This document shows positions 52,334-61,832 of a stretch of DNA of 64,000 nucleotides, one piece after another. Position numbers and translations under genes: made by a program. The stretch is from an uncultured Solirubrobacteraceae bacterium. GTDB taxonomy: Bacteria; Actinomycetota; Thermoleophilia; Solirubrobacterales; Solirubrobacteraceae. The stretch is taken from contig CAVSHS010000018.1 in the NCBI GenBank assembly GCA_963727785.1, positions 17,439 through 81,438 of the forward strand, in the 5' to 3' direction. Every line of letters begins with the position of its first letter. Within the stretch, counting starts at the first letter, position 1. A model generated the notes under the pieces. That model worked only from the letters and a program-made list of their open reading frames with translations. It had not been told where the DNA came from and did not search any database.

Positions 52334-53063
52334 CCACCGCCACGTCACCCCCAAGCCGAGCCACAGCCCGCCCGTCATACGGCGTCTCCCCCTGCGTCAC
52401 GATCGCGACCGAGCCGCCGTGGCGCAGCGTGATCCCCGGCAGCTGCGCCACCGGATAGACCTCCAGCGACGAGCCGATGCACAGCAGCAGATCGGCGCCC
52501 GCGGCGAGCTCCGTCGCGCGGTCCAGCGCCTGCTCGGGCAGGAACTCGCCGAACAGCACGACGTCCGGCTTCAGCGGGCGGCCGCACGCACACGACGGCA
52601 CCGTCGCCTCCCCCAGCTGCGCGAGCACCTCGTCCGACGCGACGCGCGCGCCGCAGGACAGGCACGAGCACGACGCGATCGAGCCGTGCACCTCGATCAG
52701 CTCCCGCGTCCCGGCGCGCCGGTGCAGCATGTCGATGTTCTGCGTGATCACCGCGTCGAGCAGCCCGCGGCGCTCGAGCGTCACCAGCGCCCGGTGCGCG
52801 GCGTTGGGCTCCTTGTCGCCGAGCGTCTGGAAGCGGTGGCCGTAGAAGCTCCAGAAGCGCTCGGGATCCTCGCGCCAGGCGTCGATGTGGGCGACCTCCA
52901 TCGGATCGACGTTCGCCCAGATGCCGGTCCCGGGCGTGCGGAAGTCCGGGATCCCGGAGGGAACCGAGATCCCGGCGCCCGTCAGCGCGACGACGGACCC
53001 GGCGCCGCGGACGAGCTCCGCCAGCGCCGCGACGTCGCTGCGAGCGGCTACTTCCCCGTCCAC
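52299..53063 (-). CDS. NAD-dependent protein deacylase (Sir2/CobB family)
   Basis: GTG at 53063, overlapping the upstream gene by 16 nt. Text GAGISVPSGIPDFR, TQNIDMLH, the zinc ribbon CLSCG...CACG, and LLLCIGSSLEVYP. Confidence 0.88.
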   Translation of the reverse strand: MDGEVAARSDVAALAELVRGAGSVVALTGAGISVPSGIPDFRTPGTGIWANVDPMEVAHIDAWREDPERFWSFYGHRFQTLGDKEPNAAHRALVTLERRGLLDAVITQNIDMLHRRAGTRELIEVHGSIASCSCLSCGARVASDEVLAQLGEATVPSCACGRPLKPDVVLFGEFLPEQALDRATELAAGADLLLCIGSSLEVYPVAQLPGITLRHGGSVAIVTQGETPYDGRAVARLGGDVAVELEALVALVAV

Positions 53064-55039
53064 TGCGCCGCGCGCTTGCCGAGGAACGCGCCGATCCCCT
53101 CGCGCGCGTCCGCCGTCGCGAAGATCTCGCCGAAGGCCGCCTTCTCGGCCTCGATGCCCTCGTCGAGGTCGGCGTCGCCGGCGGTCGTGCGCTTGATCGC
53201 CGCCACCGCGAGCGGCGCCTGGCCGCCGAGCTTGCGCGCCCACGCCCGCGCGACGTCGTGCAGCTCGTGGTCGGGGACGACGCGGTTCACCAGCCCGATC
53301 TCGAACGCCTCGTCGGCGGAGATCGGATCGCCGGTGAGGTTGAGCTCCAGCGCCCGCGCGGTGCCCACGAGCCGCGGCAGCCGCTGCGTGCCGCCGAAGC
53401 CGGGGATGATCCCGAGGTTGATCTCGGGCTGGCCGAAGCTCGCCGACTGCGCGGCGATCCGCACGTCGCAGGCCATCGCGAGCTCGCAGCCGCCGCCGAA
53501 CGCGACCGCGTTGACCGCGGCGATCGTCACGGTCGACGAGGACTCCATCCGCCGCAGCAGCGCGTGCGTCTCCTGCAGGAGCGCCGCGCCGGTCTGCTCG
53601 TCCATCTGCGTGAACGCCTTGATGTCGGCCCCCGCGCAGAACAGCATCGGGTTCGCCGAGGCGAGGATCAGCGCGCGGATCGAATCGTCGGCCTCGACGT
53701 GCTCCCAGATGCGGCCGAGCTCGGCGATCACCTGCGGCGCCAGCGAGTTCGCCGGCGGCCGGTCGAGCCAGGCGATCGCGTAGCCGTCGCGCGTCTCGAG
53801 CTGGACGGCCTCGCCCTGCTCGAACCCTCCGTCGGGCTGCTTGTAGGCGAAGAAGCCCTGGCCGCTCTTCGCGCCCAGGCGGCCCTGCGCGACGAGCCGG
53901 CGCAGGATCAGCGGCGGCGCGAACTGCTCGCCCCACTCGGCGGCCGCGCGCTCGAGCGAGGCGAGCACCTCGTCGAGCCCGGTCTGGTCGGCGCGCGCGA
54001 ACGGCGGCGGGATGAGGCCGGCGCCGGCCATCATGCCGAGGTCGATGTCGCGGACGGTCGCCATCCCGTCCTCGAGCAGCAGGCACGCCTCGACGAGCGC
54101 CTTCAGCACGAAGCGCTGCGTGAGGTCCTCGTGATCGAACTCGGTCTCACCGTCCGATCGAGGCTCACCGTTGTCGTAGAAGCCCTTGCCGGTCTTCGCT
54201 CCGAGCTCGCCGGCCTCGACGAGCGCCTTCATCCCCTGGTGGACGTAGAAGGAATCCGAGCCGTAGGACTCCTGCAGATGCTCGGCGACGTGCAGGACCG
54301 TGTCGAGGCCGAGCAGGTCGGTGAGGAAGAACGGGCCCATCGGCGCGACGCGCGCGGCCGAGACCGCGTCGTCGATCGCCTTGATCGACAGGCCGTTGTC
54401 CTCCTGGAAGCGCCAGATCTCGCTGATCGCCGAGTTGAGGATCCGGTTGACGACGAAGCCCGGCTCCTCGCCGCAGGCGATCGGCAGCTTGCGGATCGTC
54501 TGGGCGAGGTTCGTCGCCGTCTGCATCGTGTCCGGCGACGTGTCGGCGCCCTCGACGATCTCGACGAGCCGCATCATCGACGCGGGATAGAAGAAGTGAA
54601 AGCCGACGACCTTGTCGGGGCGCGAGGTCGCGTCGGCCATCTCGCTGATCGACAGCGACGAGGTGTTCGAGGCGAGGATCGCGTGGCCCGGCGTGACGGC
54701 GTCGAGCTCGGCGAGCACCGCCTGCTTGATCGCCATCCGCTCGGGCACGGCCTCGATGACGAAGTCGACGTCGCCGAAGCCCTCGTACTCCGTCGTCCCG
54801 GTGATCCGGCCGAGGATCTCCGTCGCCTGCCGGTCGGCCTGCTCCTGGCTGATCTTCTGCTTCTGGACGAGCCCGCCGAGCTGGGCGCGCGTGACCTCCT
54901 CGGCCTTCTGGAGGCCGAGATCGACGAACTCCTGCTTGACGTCCTTCAGCACCACGGGAATGCCCGCGGAGGCGATGACCTGGGCGATCTCGCCGCCCAT
55001 CGTCCCTGCTCCGACGACCGCGGCCTTGAACACGAACAC
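53048..55039 (-). CDS. bifunctional 3-hydroxyacyl-CoA dehydrogenase / enoyl-CoA hydratase
   Basis: Intact 663 aa. GTG after AAGGAGA. N-terminal Rossmann AVVGAGTMGGEIAQVIA. C-terminal crotonase text LFCAGADIKAF...AAVNAVAFGGGCELAMACD. Confidence 0.92.
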   Translation of the reverse strand: MFVFKAAVVGAGTMGGEIAQVIASAGIPVVLKDVKQEFVDLGLQKAEEVTRAQLGGLVQKQKISQEQADRQATEILGRITGTTEYEGFGDVDFVIEAVPERMAIKQAVLAELDAVTPGHAILASNTSSLSISEMADATSRPDKVVGFHFFYPASMMRLVEIVEGADTSPDTMQTATNLAQTIRKLPIACGEEPGFVVNRILNSAISEIWRFQEDNGLSIKAIDDAVSAARVAPMGPFFLTDLLGLDTVLHVAEHLQESYGSDSFYVHQGMKALVEAGELGAKTGKGFYDNGEPRSDGETEFDHEDLTQRFVLKALVEACLLLEDGMATVRDIDLGMMAGAGLIPPPFARADQTGLDEVLASLERAAAEWGEQFAPPLILRRLVAQGRLGAKSGQGFFAYKQPDGGFEQGEAVQLETRDGYAIAWLDRPPANSLAPQVIAELGRIWEHVEADDSIRALILASANPMLFCAGADIKAFTQMDEQTGAALLQETHALLRRMESSSTVTIAAVNAVAFGGGCELAMACDVRIAAQSASFGQPEINLGIIPGFGGTQRLPRLVGTARALELNLTGDPISADEAFEIGLVNRVVPDHELHDVARAWARKLGGQAPLAVAAIKRTTAGDADLDEGIEAEKAAFGEIFATADAREGIGAFLGKRAAQWTGK

Positions 55040-55096
55040 GTGTCAGTTCTCCTTGTCGTTTTGGTGAAGCGGCCGGCGCCGCTGAATCTCGTAGCG

Positions 55097-55551
55097 TCAT
55101 GTCGCGGTCGGCTGCCAGCTCGACCGCGAAGCGCCGCAGCGTCCGGCGCAGCGCGTCGCCGACGGCGCGGCGGACGAAGAACACGTCGGTGAGGATGCCG
55201 CCGAAGCCGGGCCGCTTGAGCTCGTAGGCGAGCTCGAGGCGGATCTCACAGCCGCCGTCGACGCCGTCGAAGCGCACGCGCTGCGTGCCGGTCAGCGCGG
55301 GGTCCTCGACGCGCACGAGCTGGGTGACGGCGGGCTCGTACTCGAGCACGTGCTCGACGACGCGGCCGCGGCCGTTGCGCAGCGAGTCCCACACGATCCG
55401 CGTGCCGGGGTGCGGCCAGTCGCCCTCGTTGCGGGCCAGCGCGCCGAAGCCGTCGACGAACGAGGACCAGCGCGCGAGGTCGAACCACAGCCGCGCCACC
55501 TCGTCGACCGAGGCGCCCGGCAGCGACTGCCGCGCGACGACGCGTGCGCAT
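55097..55551 (-). CDS. SRPBCC-family protein; apparent insertions near 55541 and near the 3' end
   Basis: The ATG at 55551 (MRT) joins VVARQSLPGASVDEVARLWFDLARWSSFVDGF...WPHPGTRIVWDS... in the next frame. That frame has no stop before running 870 nt into the next gene. The nearest +1 stop is at 55097. The 3' end is uncertain. Confidence 0.6.
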
Positions 55552-55556
55552 CGCCC

Positions 55557-56015
55557 TCAGCCCACCAGCGCGCGCCGGATCAGGTCGACGGCCGTCGCGA
55601 GCTCGTCGAGGCGCGGCGCCACCTCGGCCGCCAGCCGGTCGCGCTCCGCGGCGCCCGGCGAGGTCAGCCGGTAGAAGCGCCGCGAGCGGCGCTCGGGGTG
55701 CTCCCATGCGCCCGCCACGAGCCCCTCGGCCTCGAGCGCGCGCAGGAGCGGATACATCGTGTTCGGGTTGACCGCGATGAGGCCGCCGGTCAGCTCGCCG
55801 ACCCGGTCCATGAGCTGGTTGCCGTAGGACGGACCCGCTCCGAGCAGGTGCAGGACGAGCAGCCGCAGCAGCCCCGCCTTGCGCAGGCCGGCGACGAGCG
55901 GGTCGCCGGAGCCCGGCCCGCCCGAGGGCGCGCGGCCGCCCGCAGCGGTGCGAACGTCGCTCTGGGCGGCCGCGTCTGCGACGGCGGCCTCCGTCGAGGG
56001 ATGGCGAGCGGCCAT
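55557..56015 (-). CDS. PadR-family transcriptional regulator
   Basis: Text LLRLLVLHLLGAGPSYGNQLMDRV...NPNTMYPLLRALEAEGLV...RRFYRLTSPG is canonical PadR winged helix. Confidence 0.9.
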   Translation of the reverse strand: MAARHPSTEAAVADAAAQSDVRTAAGGRAPSGGPGSGDPLVAGLRKAGLLRLLVLHLLGAGPSYGNQLMDRVGELTGGLIAVNPNTMYPLLRALEAEGLVAGAWEHPERRSRRFYRLTSPGAAERDRLAAEVAPRLDELATAVDLIRRALVG

Positions 56016-56108
56016 CGGTCCAGTATGCCCTGCGCATCGGTGTACAGCCGCGGTGCAACGACCGCGGGCGGCCCCGTGGACCGCCCGCGCACATCGTCGC
56101 CGAGCCCG

Positions 56109-57281
56109 TCAGGCCGTCGCGGTCGCCGGCTCTTCGATGCGCCGCGGCAGCAGCGTCTCGCGGGCGATGACGAGCCGCTGGATCTGCGACGTGCCTTCGT
56201 AGAGCTGCATGATCTTCGCGTCGCGCATGAGCTTCTCGACGGGGTAGTCCTTGATGAAGCCGTAGCCGCCGTAGATCTGCACGGCGTCGGTCGCGACCTC
56301 CATCGCCGAGTCCGCCGCGAAGCGCTTGGCGTGCGAGGACTCGAGCGTGTTGCGCTTGCCCTGGTCGAGCAGCACGGCGCTGTTCCACGTGGCCAGGCGC
56401 GAGAGGTGCACCTTCGTCGCCATGTCGGCGATCATGAACTGGATCGCCTGGTGCATCGCGATCGGCACGCCGAACTGGACGCGCTCCTTGGAGTAGTCGC
56501 AGGCGAACTCGAACGCGGCGCGGGCGATGCCGACGGCCATGGCGGCGACGGCGGGACGCGTGCGGTCGAGCGTCATCATCGCGAGCTTGAAGCCCTTGTT
56601 CTCCTCGCCGAGCAGATAGCGCGCGTCGACCTCGGTGTCGTTGAACGTGATCGTGGCCGTGTTGGAGGCGCGCTGGCCCATCTTGTCCTCCTTCTTGTCC
56701 ACGATGACCGTGTCGTCCTTGCGGACGAGGAAGGCGGAGATGCCGCGGTGGCCGGCGTCCGGGTCGGTCTTGGCGTAGACGGTGAAGAAGTCGGCGTAGC
56801 TGCCGTTCGTGATGAAGCACTTCGAGCCGTTGAGGACGTACTTGTCGCCCTTGCGGACCGCGCGGGTGCGCATGCCCGAGACGTCGGAGCCGGCGTCGGG
56901 CTCGGTGAGGCAGAAGGAGGCGAGCTTCGGCGAGGCCGAGAGCTCCTCGCAGAACTCGCGCTTGACCTCCTCGGCGCCGCCGAGCAGGACCGGCGCCGCG
57001 GCGAGGCCGTTGGCGCCGAGCGACGTCTGGACGCCGGAGCAGCCCCACGACAGCTCCTCCTCGACGATGCAGCCGTCGAGGTAGGACAGGCCGGCGCCGC
57101 CGTACTCCTCGGGCAGGTGGGTGTTCATGAGCCCCACCTCGTGCGCCTTGTCGATGATCGCCTGCGGCCAGCCGCCGTCGCGGTCGAGCTCCCACGCGAC
57201 TGGACGGATCTCCTTCGTCGCGAAGTCGCGCGCCATCTCGCGGAGGTTCTTCTGCTCGTCGCTGAGCGTGAAATCGACCAT
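56109..57281 (-). CDS. acyl-CoA dehydrogenase
   Basis: Intact 390 aa. Text CLTEPDAGSDVSGM..., KCFITNG, and YEGTSQIQRLVIAR at the catalytic-base region. Confidence 0.93.
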   Translation of the reverse strand: MVDFTLSDEQKNLREMARDFATKEIRPVAWELDRDGGWPQAIIDKAHEVGLMNTHLPEEYGGAGLSYLDGCIVEEELSWGCSGVQTSLGANGLAAAPVLLGGAEEVKREFCEELSASPKLASFCLTEPDAGSDVSGMRTRAVRKGDKYVLNGSKCFITNGSYADFFTVYAKTDPDAGHRGISAFLVRKDDTVIVDKKEDKMGQRASNTATITFNDTEVDARYLLGEENKGFKLAMMTLDRTRPAVAAMAVGIARAAFEFACDYSKERVQFGVPIAMHQAIQFMIADMATKVHLSRLATWNSAVLLDQGKRNTLESSHAKRFAADSAMEVATDAVQIYGGYGFIKDYPVEKLMRDAKIMQLYEGTSQIQRLVIARETLLPRRIEEPATATA

Positions 57282-57317
57282 GGGTTGCTCCTGAAGAGGG
57301 ATCTTGGAAGGTCTAGA

Positions 57318-57333
57318 TTGACTGGTCAGTCAA
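57318..57333. promoter_or_regulatory. dyad TTGACTG-GT-CAGTCAA in the divergent promoter region upstream of the acyl-CoA dehydrogenase operon
   Basis: Seen directly, 37 nt upstream of the acd start. 7-bp perfect arms. Candidate operator for the operon-encoded PadR regulator (inference). Confidence 0.45.
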
Positions 57334-57395
57334 TAGCTGTAGCCTGCAGGGTAGCGGACCTCGCGCCCCCTGTCGACGGGTGCGATCATCTGTCT

Positions 57396-57800
57396 ATGGA
57401 GGACGCCTTCGGGACGCTCGTCTGGGTCGTCGCCGCGGTCGGCGCGATCGTCGCGGTGTTCACGCTCGTCGGGACCGGCAGGAGCTACGAGCAGATCGGC
57501 GGCCGCGGGATCGACGAGGACGGCGGCGACGCGCCGCAGGACGCGGCAGCCGAGCGCGACGCCGAGATCCGCCAGCTGCTCGAGGCGCGCAACGCGCGGC
57601 GCGTACGCCGGGGCGAGGCGCCGCAGGACGTCGAGGCCGAGTTCCAGGCGCTCGCGCACCCGCCGGCGGCCGTCGACGACGAGCTGCGCGAGGAGATTCG
57701 CCGCCACGTGGTTGCGCGCAACGCACGGCGGGTACGAACGGGCTCCGAGCCGCTCGACGTCGATGCCGAGATCGCGCGGCGGATCCGTGAGCTGACCTGA
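57396..57800 (+). CDS. membrane-anchored small protein with an internal duplicated motif
   Basis: ATG at 57396. TM text LVWVVAAVGAIVAVFTLVG. Two copies of EIRxxxxARNARRVRxGxxPxDV[ED]AE. Confidence 0.65.
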   Translation: MEDAFGTLVWVVAAVGAIVAVFTLVGTGRSYEQIGGRGIDEDGGDAPQDAAAERDAEIRQLLEARNARRVRRGEAPQDVEAEFQALAHPPAAVDDELREEIRRHVVARNARRVRTGSEPLDVDAEIARRIRELT

Positions 57801-57812
57801 TAGAGATAGGCG

Positions 57813-58140
57813 ATGGCCAATCCGCGACAGTTCGATCTCGAAGACATCGTCAACCGCCCGGGGACGTACTTCAACCCGCAGACCGAGGTGCTCGTCGTCA
57901 TCGACGACTCACCCGACGTCGACACCGAGATCTTCAACATGGAGGACTTCGAGGGCGCGGACTGGGTCCTGATCTCCGACGAGGTCCCGATCGACGGCGG
58001 ACACGCGCGACGAGCTCATGCAGGCATTCCAGGTGCGCCACGGAGCGTCGCTCGGCGCCGGGCTCGGCGCCGGTGACGACATCGTCGACGACGACGAGAA
58101 CGCCGAGCCCGAGGCCGACGAGCTCGACGACGACGAGTAG
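57813..58140 (+). CDS. acidic hypothetical protein, apparent +1 frameshift about 57997-58000
   Basis: MANPRQFDLEDIVNRPGTYFNPQTEVLVVIDD...LISDEVPIDG continues in the next frame as DTRDELMQAFQVRHGASLG...DDDENAEPEADELDDDE and stop. Span is 328 nt (3n+1). Confidence 0.6.
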
Positions 58141-58590
58141 CGGCGGGCGGGCGGGGCCGCGCGGGCTCCGTGAGGCTTGCGGCGGGCCGGTCCTGGATGG
58201 CTGGATGCCGCGGCGGTTGGGTCGGCATGATATCGCGGCGGTCGCGCTGGCGCTCGCCGAACCGCCCGCGTGGCGTGAAGGGCCCATGGCGCTTGGAGCA
58301 CGCGTGACGCGGCGGTTGACCCGTCGACGGCGTCCAGCGGCCGGACGTTCGGCAACCGTCGACCGCCCCCGCCTCGACCTCACCGCGAACCCGCCGTCGC
58401 GCGATGCGCACCGCGAACACGAGCCGCCACGCTCCGCCGCCAGCCCGCCCCGCATCCGCCGCCACGCTCGGCGACCCTCACTGCGTTCGCAACGCCGCGC
58501 TCGCCACAGACCGCCACGCGACCCGATCGCGTCAGCGCAGCATCAACCGACACCACCCGACGACGAGCCCAGCCCGCGCAATCGACCCTG

Positions 58591-59246
58591 CTACCCCGCC
58601 CGCGCCCTGAGCAGCGCCGCGCCGCCCGTCAGCAGGCCGAGCGCGCCGACGATCAGGGCGGCGATCGCCAGCCCGTTGCCGTCGCCGTCGCCGTCGTCGT
58701 CCTCATCCGACGGCCGGCGCGGCGGCCGCCGGCATCGGCGGCGGCGACGAGCGTGACCTGCGGCGCCGGATGCTCGCTGTCCGGAGCCCCGATCCAGCGC
58801 ACGACCTTGCCGCCCGCGTACGTCTGCAGGGCCTTGAACGTGAGCTTCGTCCCCGCCGGCCTGTCCGGGATGCCGAGCGACAGGCCGAAGTCCTGGAACT
58901 GGCCCGGCCCGATCCCCTTGCCGGTCGCGGTGAACGTGATCCTCGAGAGCTCCTCGGTGAGCGTGTCGCCGTCGTCGGTCTTGACCGGCTCGGCGAGCTT
59001 GCGCTTGGCGACCGTGACGCGCCAGCCGGGGACGGGCTCGTAGGACGCGTCGGCGAAGCCCGCGGGCATCTGGACGACGATCTTCCTCGTCGGGGTCGTC
59101 GGCTCCTCGCTCGGGACGCGGACGTCGAGGCGGGCGAAGCCGCCGGCGGGCGCCTGCTTGGGCTGCACCGTGACGTGCGCCTGCGCGGCGGCCGGCGCCG
59201 CGAGCGCGGCGACCGCGCCTGCGGCGGCGATGATCCTGCGGTTCAT
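58591..59246 (-). CDS. YcnI-like (DUF1775) exported copper-binding protein with C-terminal TM anchor; two apparent insertions about 58690-58740
   Basis: ATG after AAGGAGG. Signal ...APAAAQA then HVTVQPKQAPAGGFARLDVRVPSE...VVQMPAGF...PGWRV...ITF. The tail in the third frame is DEDDDGDGDGNGLAIAALIVGALGLL. Span is 656 nt (3n+2). Confidence 0.8.
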
Positions 59247-59269
59247 GGTCTGCCTCCTTGGCTGGCTGG

Positions 59270-61073
59270 TCATCGCACGGGCACCTTCAGCCTCGCCTCG
59301 TACTGGTCGAACTCCGACACGCGGCTCGTCACGTCGAGCTGCCAGTCGCCCGCCGGCACGAGCTGGACGGTGTCGACGACGTAGTGGCCGGGCCCCGCCT
59401 CGCGCGCCGTGGCCGGCAGCGGGCCGATGTGCCTGCGCGGGCAGCGCGAGCGTCACCGTCAGCTCCTTCGTCGCGCTGAACGGGCTGCCGTCCCGCGCCC
59501 GCAGCAGGTAGAGGTGCAGCTCGTTGGGGCCGACGCGCGCCGGGTCCATCGTCGCCTCCAGGCGCAGCGGGCCGAGCGCGGTGCTGCCGCTGAACGGGCC
59601 GCTCGCCAGCGAGTCGGGCGGCGGGTAGCTCACGAGCGCGGCGGTGACGCCGAGCACCACGACGACGAGCGCGACCTCCGCGCGCAGCGTGCGGCGCAGG
59701 AGATGGCCGAGCTCGCCGGGCGGCGCGGCCGCCTGCGCGAGGCGCTGCAGGCCGGGCACGACGCGCCGCCGGTTGACCACGCCGATCGCGATCAGCGCGA
59801 CGATCAGGACGACCTTGACGAGCACCGCGCGGCCGAAGCCCGTGTGCAGGACCGCGTCCCAGGAGCCGATGTGCTCGATCGCCTGGATCGTGCCGGTGAC
59901 GAGCAGCACGACGACGCAGCCCAGGGCGATCGGCGAGAAGCGCAGCAGCGTCGCCGCGAGCAGCCGCGTGCGGTCGGGCGCCTCGAGCGTGCGCGTGGCG
60001 GCGGGCAGGACGAGCAGCGCCACGACGAGCCCGCCGATCCAGACGCTCATCGCCAGCACGTGCGCGACGTCGAGCGGGAAGAGGAGCGCGACGGGCGGCT
60101 GCACGCTCGCGTGGCCGCCGAGCGCCGGTGCGAGCGCGATGAACGCCGCCGGCAGCGCGGCGAGCAGGAGCGGCGCGCGCGGCAGCCCGGGCGCCGCCAG
60201 CCCGTCGGCGCCGAGCGCGACGCGCTGCAGCGCGCCGGCGCCCGCGCGTTCGCGCAGGCCGCGCAGGGCGAGCGCAAGCGCCCCGCCGATCGCGACGAAG
60301 GCGAGCACCCGCACGCCCCAGACGTGCCCGAAGCGCGTCCCGAGCACGTCGCCGACGACGCTCGGCGAGAGCGCCGTCCACGCGCTGGTCGCGCCCGCGG
60401 TCGCGCCCTGCAGGACGATGCCCGCCGCCCCCGAGACGACCCCGAGCGCGGCGCCGAGCAGGAGCAGCCGCCGCATGCGCCGCAGGAACGCCGCCGACGC
60501 CTCGCGCCACGCCTCGCTCGCGCCGGCCGCCGTGCGCAGCGCCGGCAGCCAGACGAGGAGCAGGAACGCCAGGCCGCCGAGGACGAGCGCCGTCGCGAGG
60601 TAGTCCAGGCCCCGGGCGATGCCGAACGCGACCTGCGTCTGCGGGCCGGAGCGCGAGTCGCCGATGAGCTCGGAGACCGTCGGCGCGGCGGCGGCGCCGG
60701 GCTTGCCGACGGAGAACACGAGCCCGCCGGAGACCGGGTGGCTGTCGGCGGAGATGACGCGGTACGTCGCGACGTACGTGCCGTCGGGCAGCCCGGGCTT
60801 CAGCCCGACGGCGAGCCGCGAGCCGCTGCCGCCCGGATGCACGGTGCGCCCGTCGTCGACCCGCCGGGCCTTGGCGTCGAAGACGCGCAGCGCCCCGAAG
60901 TTGCCTTCGACCGTCTCGCTGAAATGCAGCACGACCTGGCGTGGCTGCGTCTTCAGCGTCGTGCCGCGCTGCGGCACGGTGTCGACGAGCAGGGCATGGG
61001 CCGACGCCGCGGCGGGCGCCGCCAGCAGCGCCGCCAGCAGCGCGCCCGCGAGGACGAGCGCGCGCCGCGTCAC
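59270..61073 (-). CDS. CopC-CopD fusion protein (YcnJ-like copper resistance/import), apparent +1 frameshift about 59436-59445
   Basis: Signal ...APAAASA then HALLVDTVPQRGTTL...YRVISADSHPVSG (CopC), followed by a multi-TM CopD-like region. The C-terminal domain continues in the next frame (HIGPLPATAREAGPGHYVVDTVQL...). Span is 1804 nt (3n+1). Confidence 0.85.
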
Positions 61074-61771
61074 CAGGCCTCCCCGCGCGGGGCGGCGGGG
61101 GCGGGATCGCCGCCGGCGCCCGCGGCGCGGCGGCGGCGCACGACCACGACGCTCGCGAGGCCCAGCAGCACGATGACGCCGAACGCGATGAACGCGCCGA
61201 CGGGCGCGCCCGGCCCGGAGCCGCGCCAGAACAGCTCGCCCCTGATCTCCCCCGGCGCGCCCTGCGCGCTCAGCGGCACGTTCCAGTCGACGATCTTCGT
61301 GCGCTTGGACGTGTCCTTGACCTGCTGCGGGACGGTCTTGGACATCCAGTGCATGCGGTGGTCGTGGAACTCGTAGCGGCCGCTGCGCTCGACGACCTTC
61401 CACTGCGGCGGCGCCTTCGGATCGGCCGAGGCGGGGACCTTCGCGCCGAGGAAGCGGTCCTGGTTGAGGTAGTACGCCGGCGAGCGCACGTTGACCTCGA
61501 CCTTGCCGCCGGGGCTCATGCGGATGTACGGGTCCTTGGGGCTGCGGTTGTAGCCGTAGATCGTGACGGTGCGGCTGCCCGAGTTCTCGACCTCGAGGCG
61601 GTCGTCGCCGTTGAGCACGTCGACGGTGAAGCCGGGGATCTGCGGCGTGACGCCGCGCACGAGCGACTCGTAGTTCGGGTTGCCGGCGTGCGCGAAGGCC
61701 GGTGTGGCGGTGATGCCTGCCGCGAGCGCGCACAGCGCGGCAGTGAGGAAGACTCGTGCAGAAGCGGCCAT
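61070..61771 (-). CDS. exported, C-terminally anchored protein of unknown function; first gene of the copper operon
   Basis: Intact 233 aa. Signal ...ITATPAFA then HAGNPNYES.... His cluster HDHRMHW. TM text VGAFIAFGVIVLLGLASVVVV. The stop overlaps the copCD start (GTGA). Confidence 0.75.
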   Translation of the reverse strand: MAASARVFLTAALCALAAGITATPAFAHAGNPNYESLVRGVTPQIPGFTVDVLNGDDRLEVENSGSRTVTIYGYNRSPKDPYIRMSPGGKVEVNVRSPAYYLNQDRFLGAKVPASADPKAPPQWKVVERSGRYEFHDHRMHWMSKTVPQQVKDTSKRTKIVDWNVPLSAQGAPGEIRGELFWRGSGPGAPVGAFIAFGVIVLLGLASVVVVRRRRAAGAGGDPAPAAPRGEAW

Positions 61772-61832
61772 CGGCGGCCCTCCTTCTCGTGGATCGCAGC
61801 TGCGCTCCGACCCGCGGAGGGGCCGAAGCGTC

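Noticed and set aside
58016-58756. ORFs covering the 58141-58590 spacer: 58073-58756 (+), 57934-58455 (-) and 58016-58465 (-).
   Set aside because: All translate to Arg/Pro/Ala low-complexity strings. No frame shows protein-like composition.
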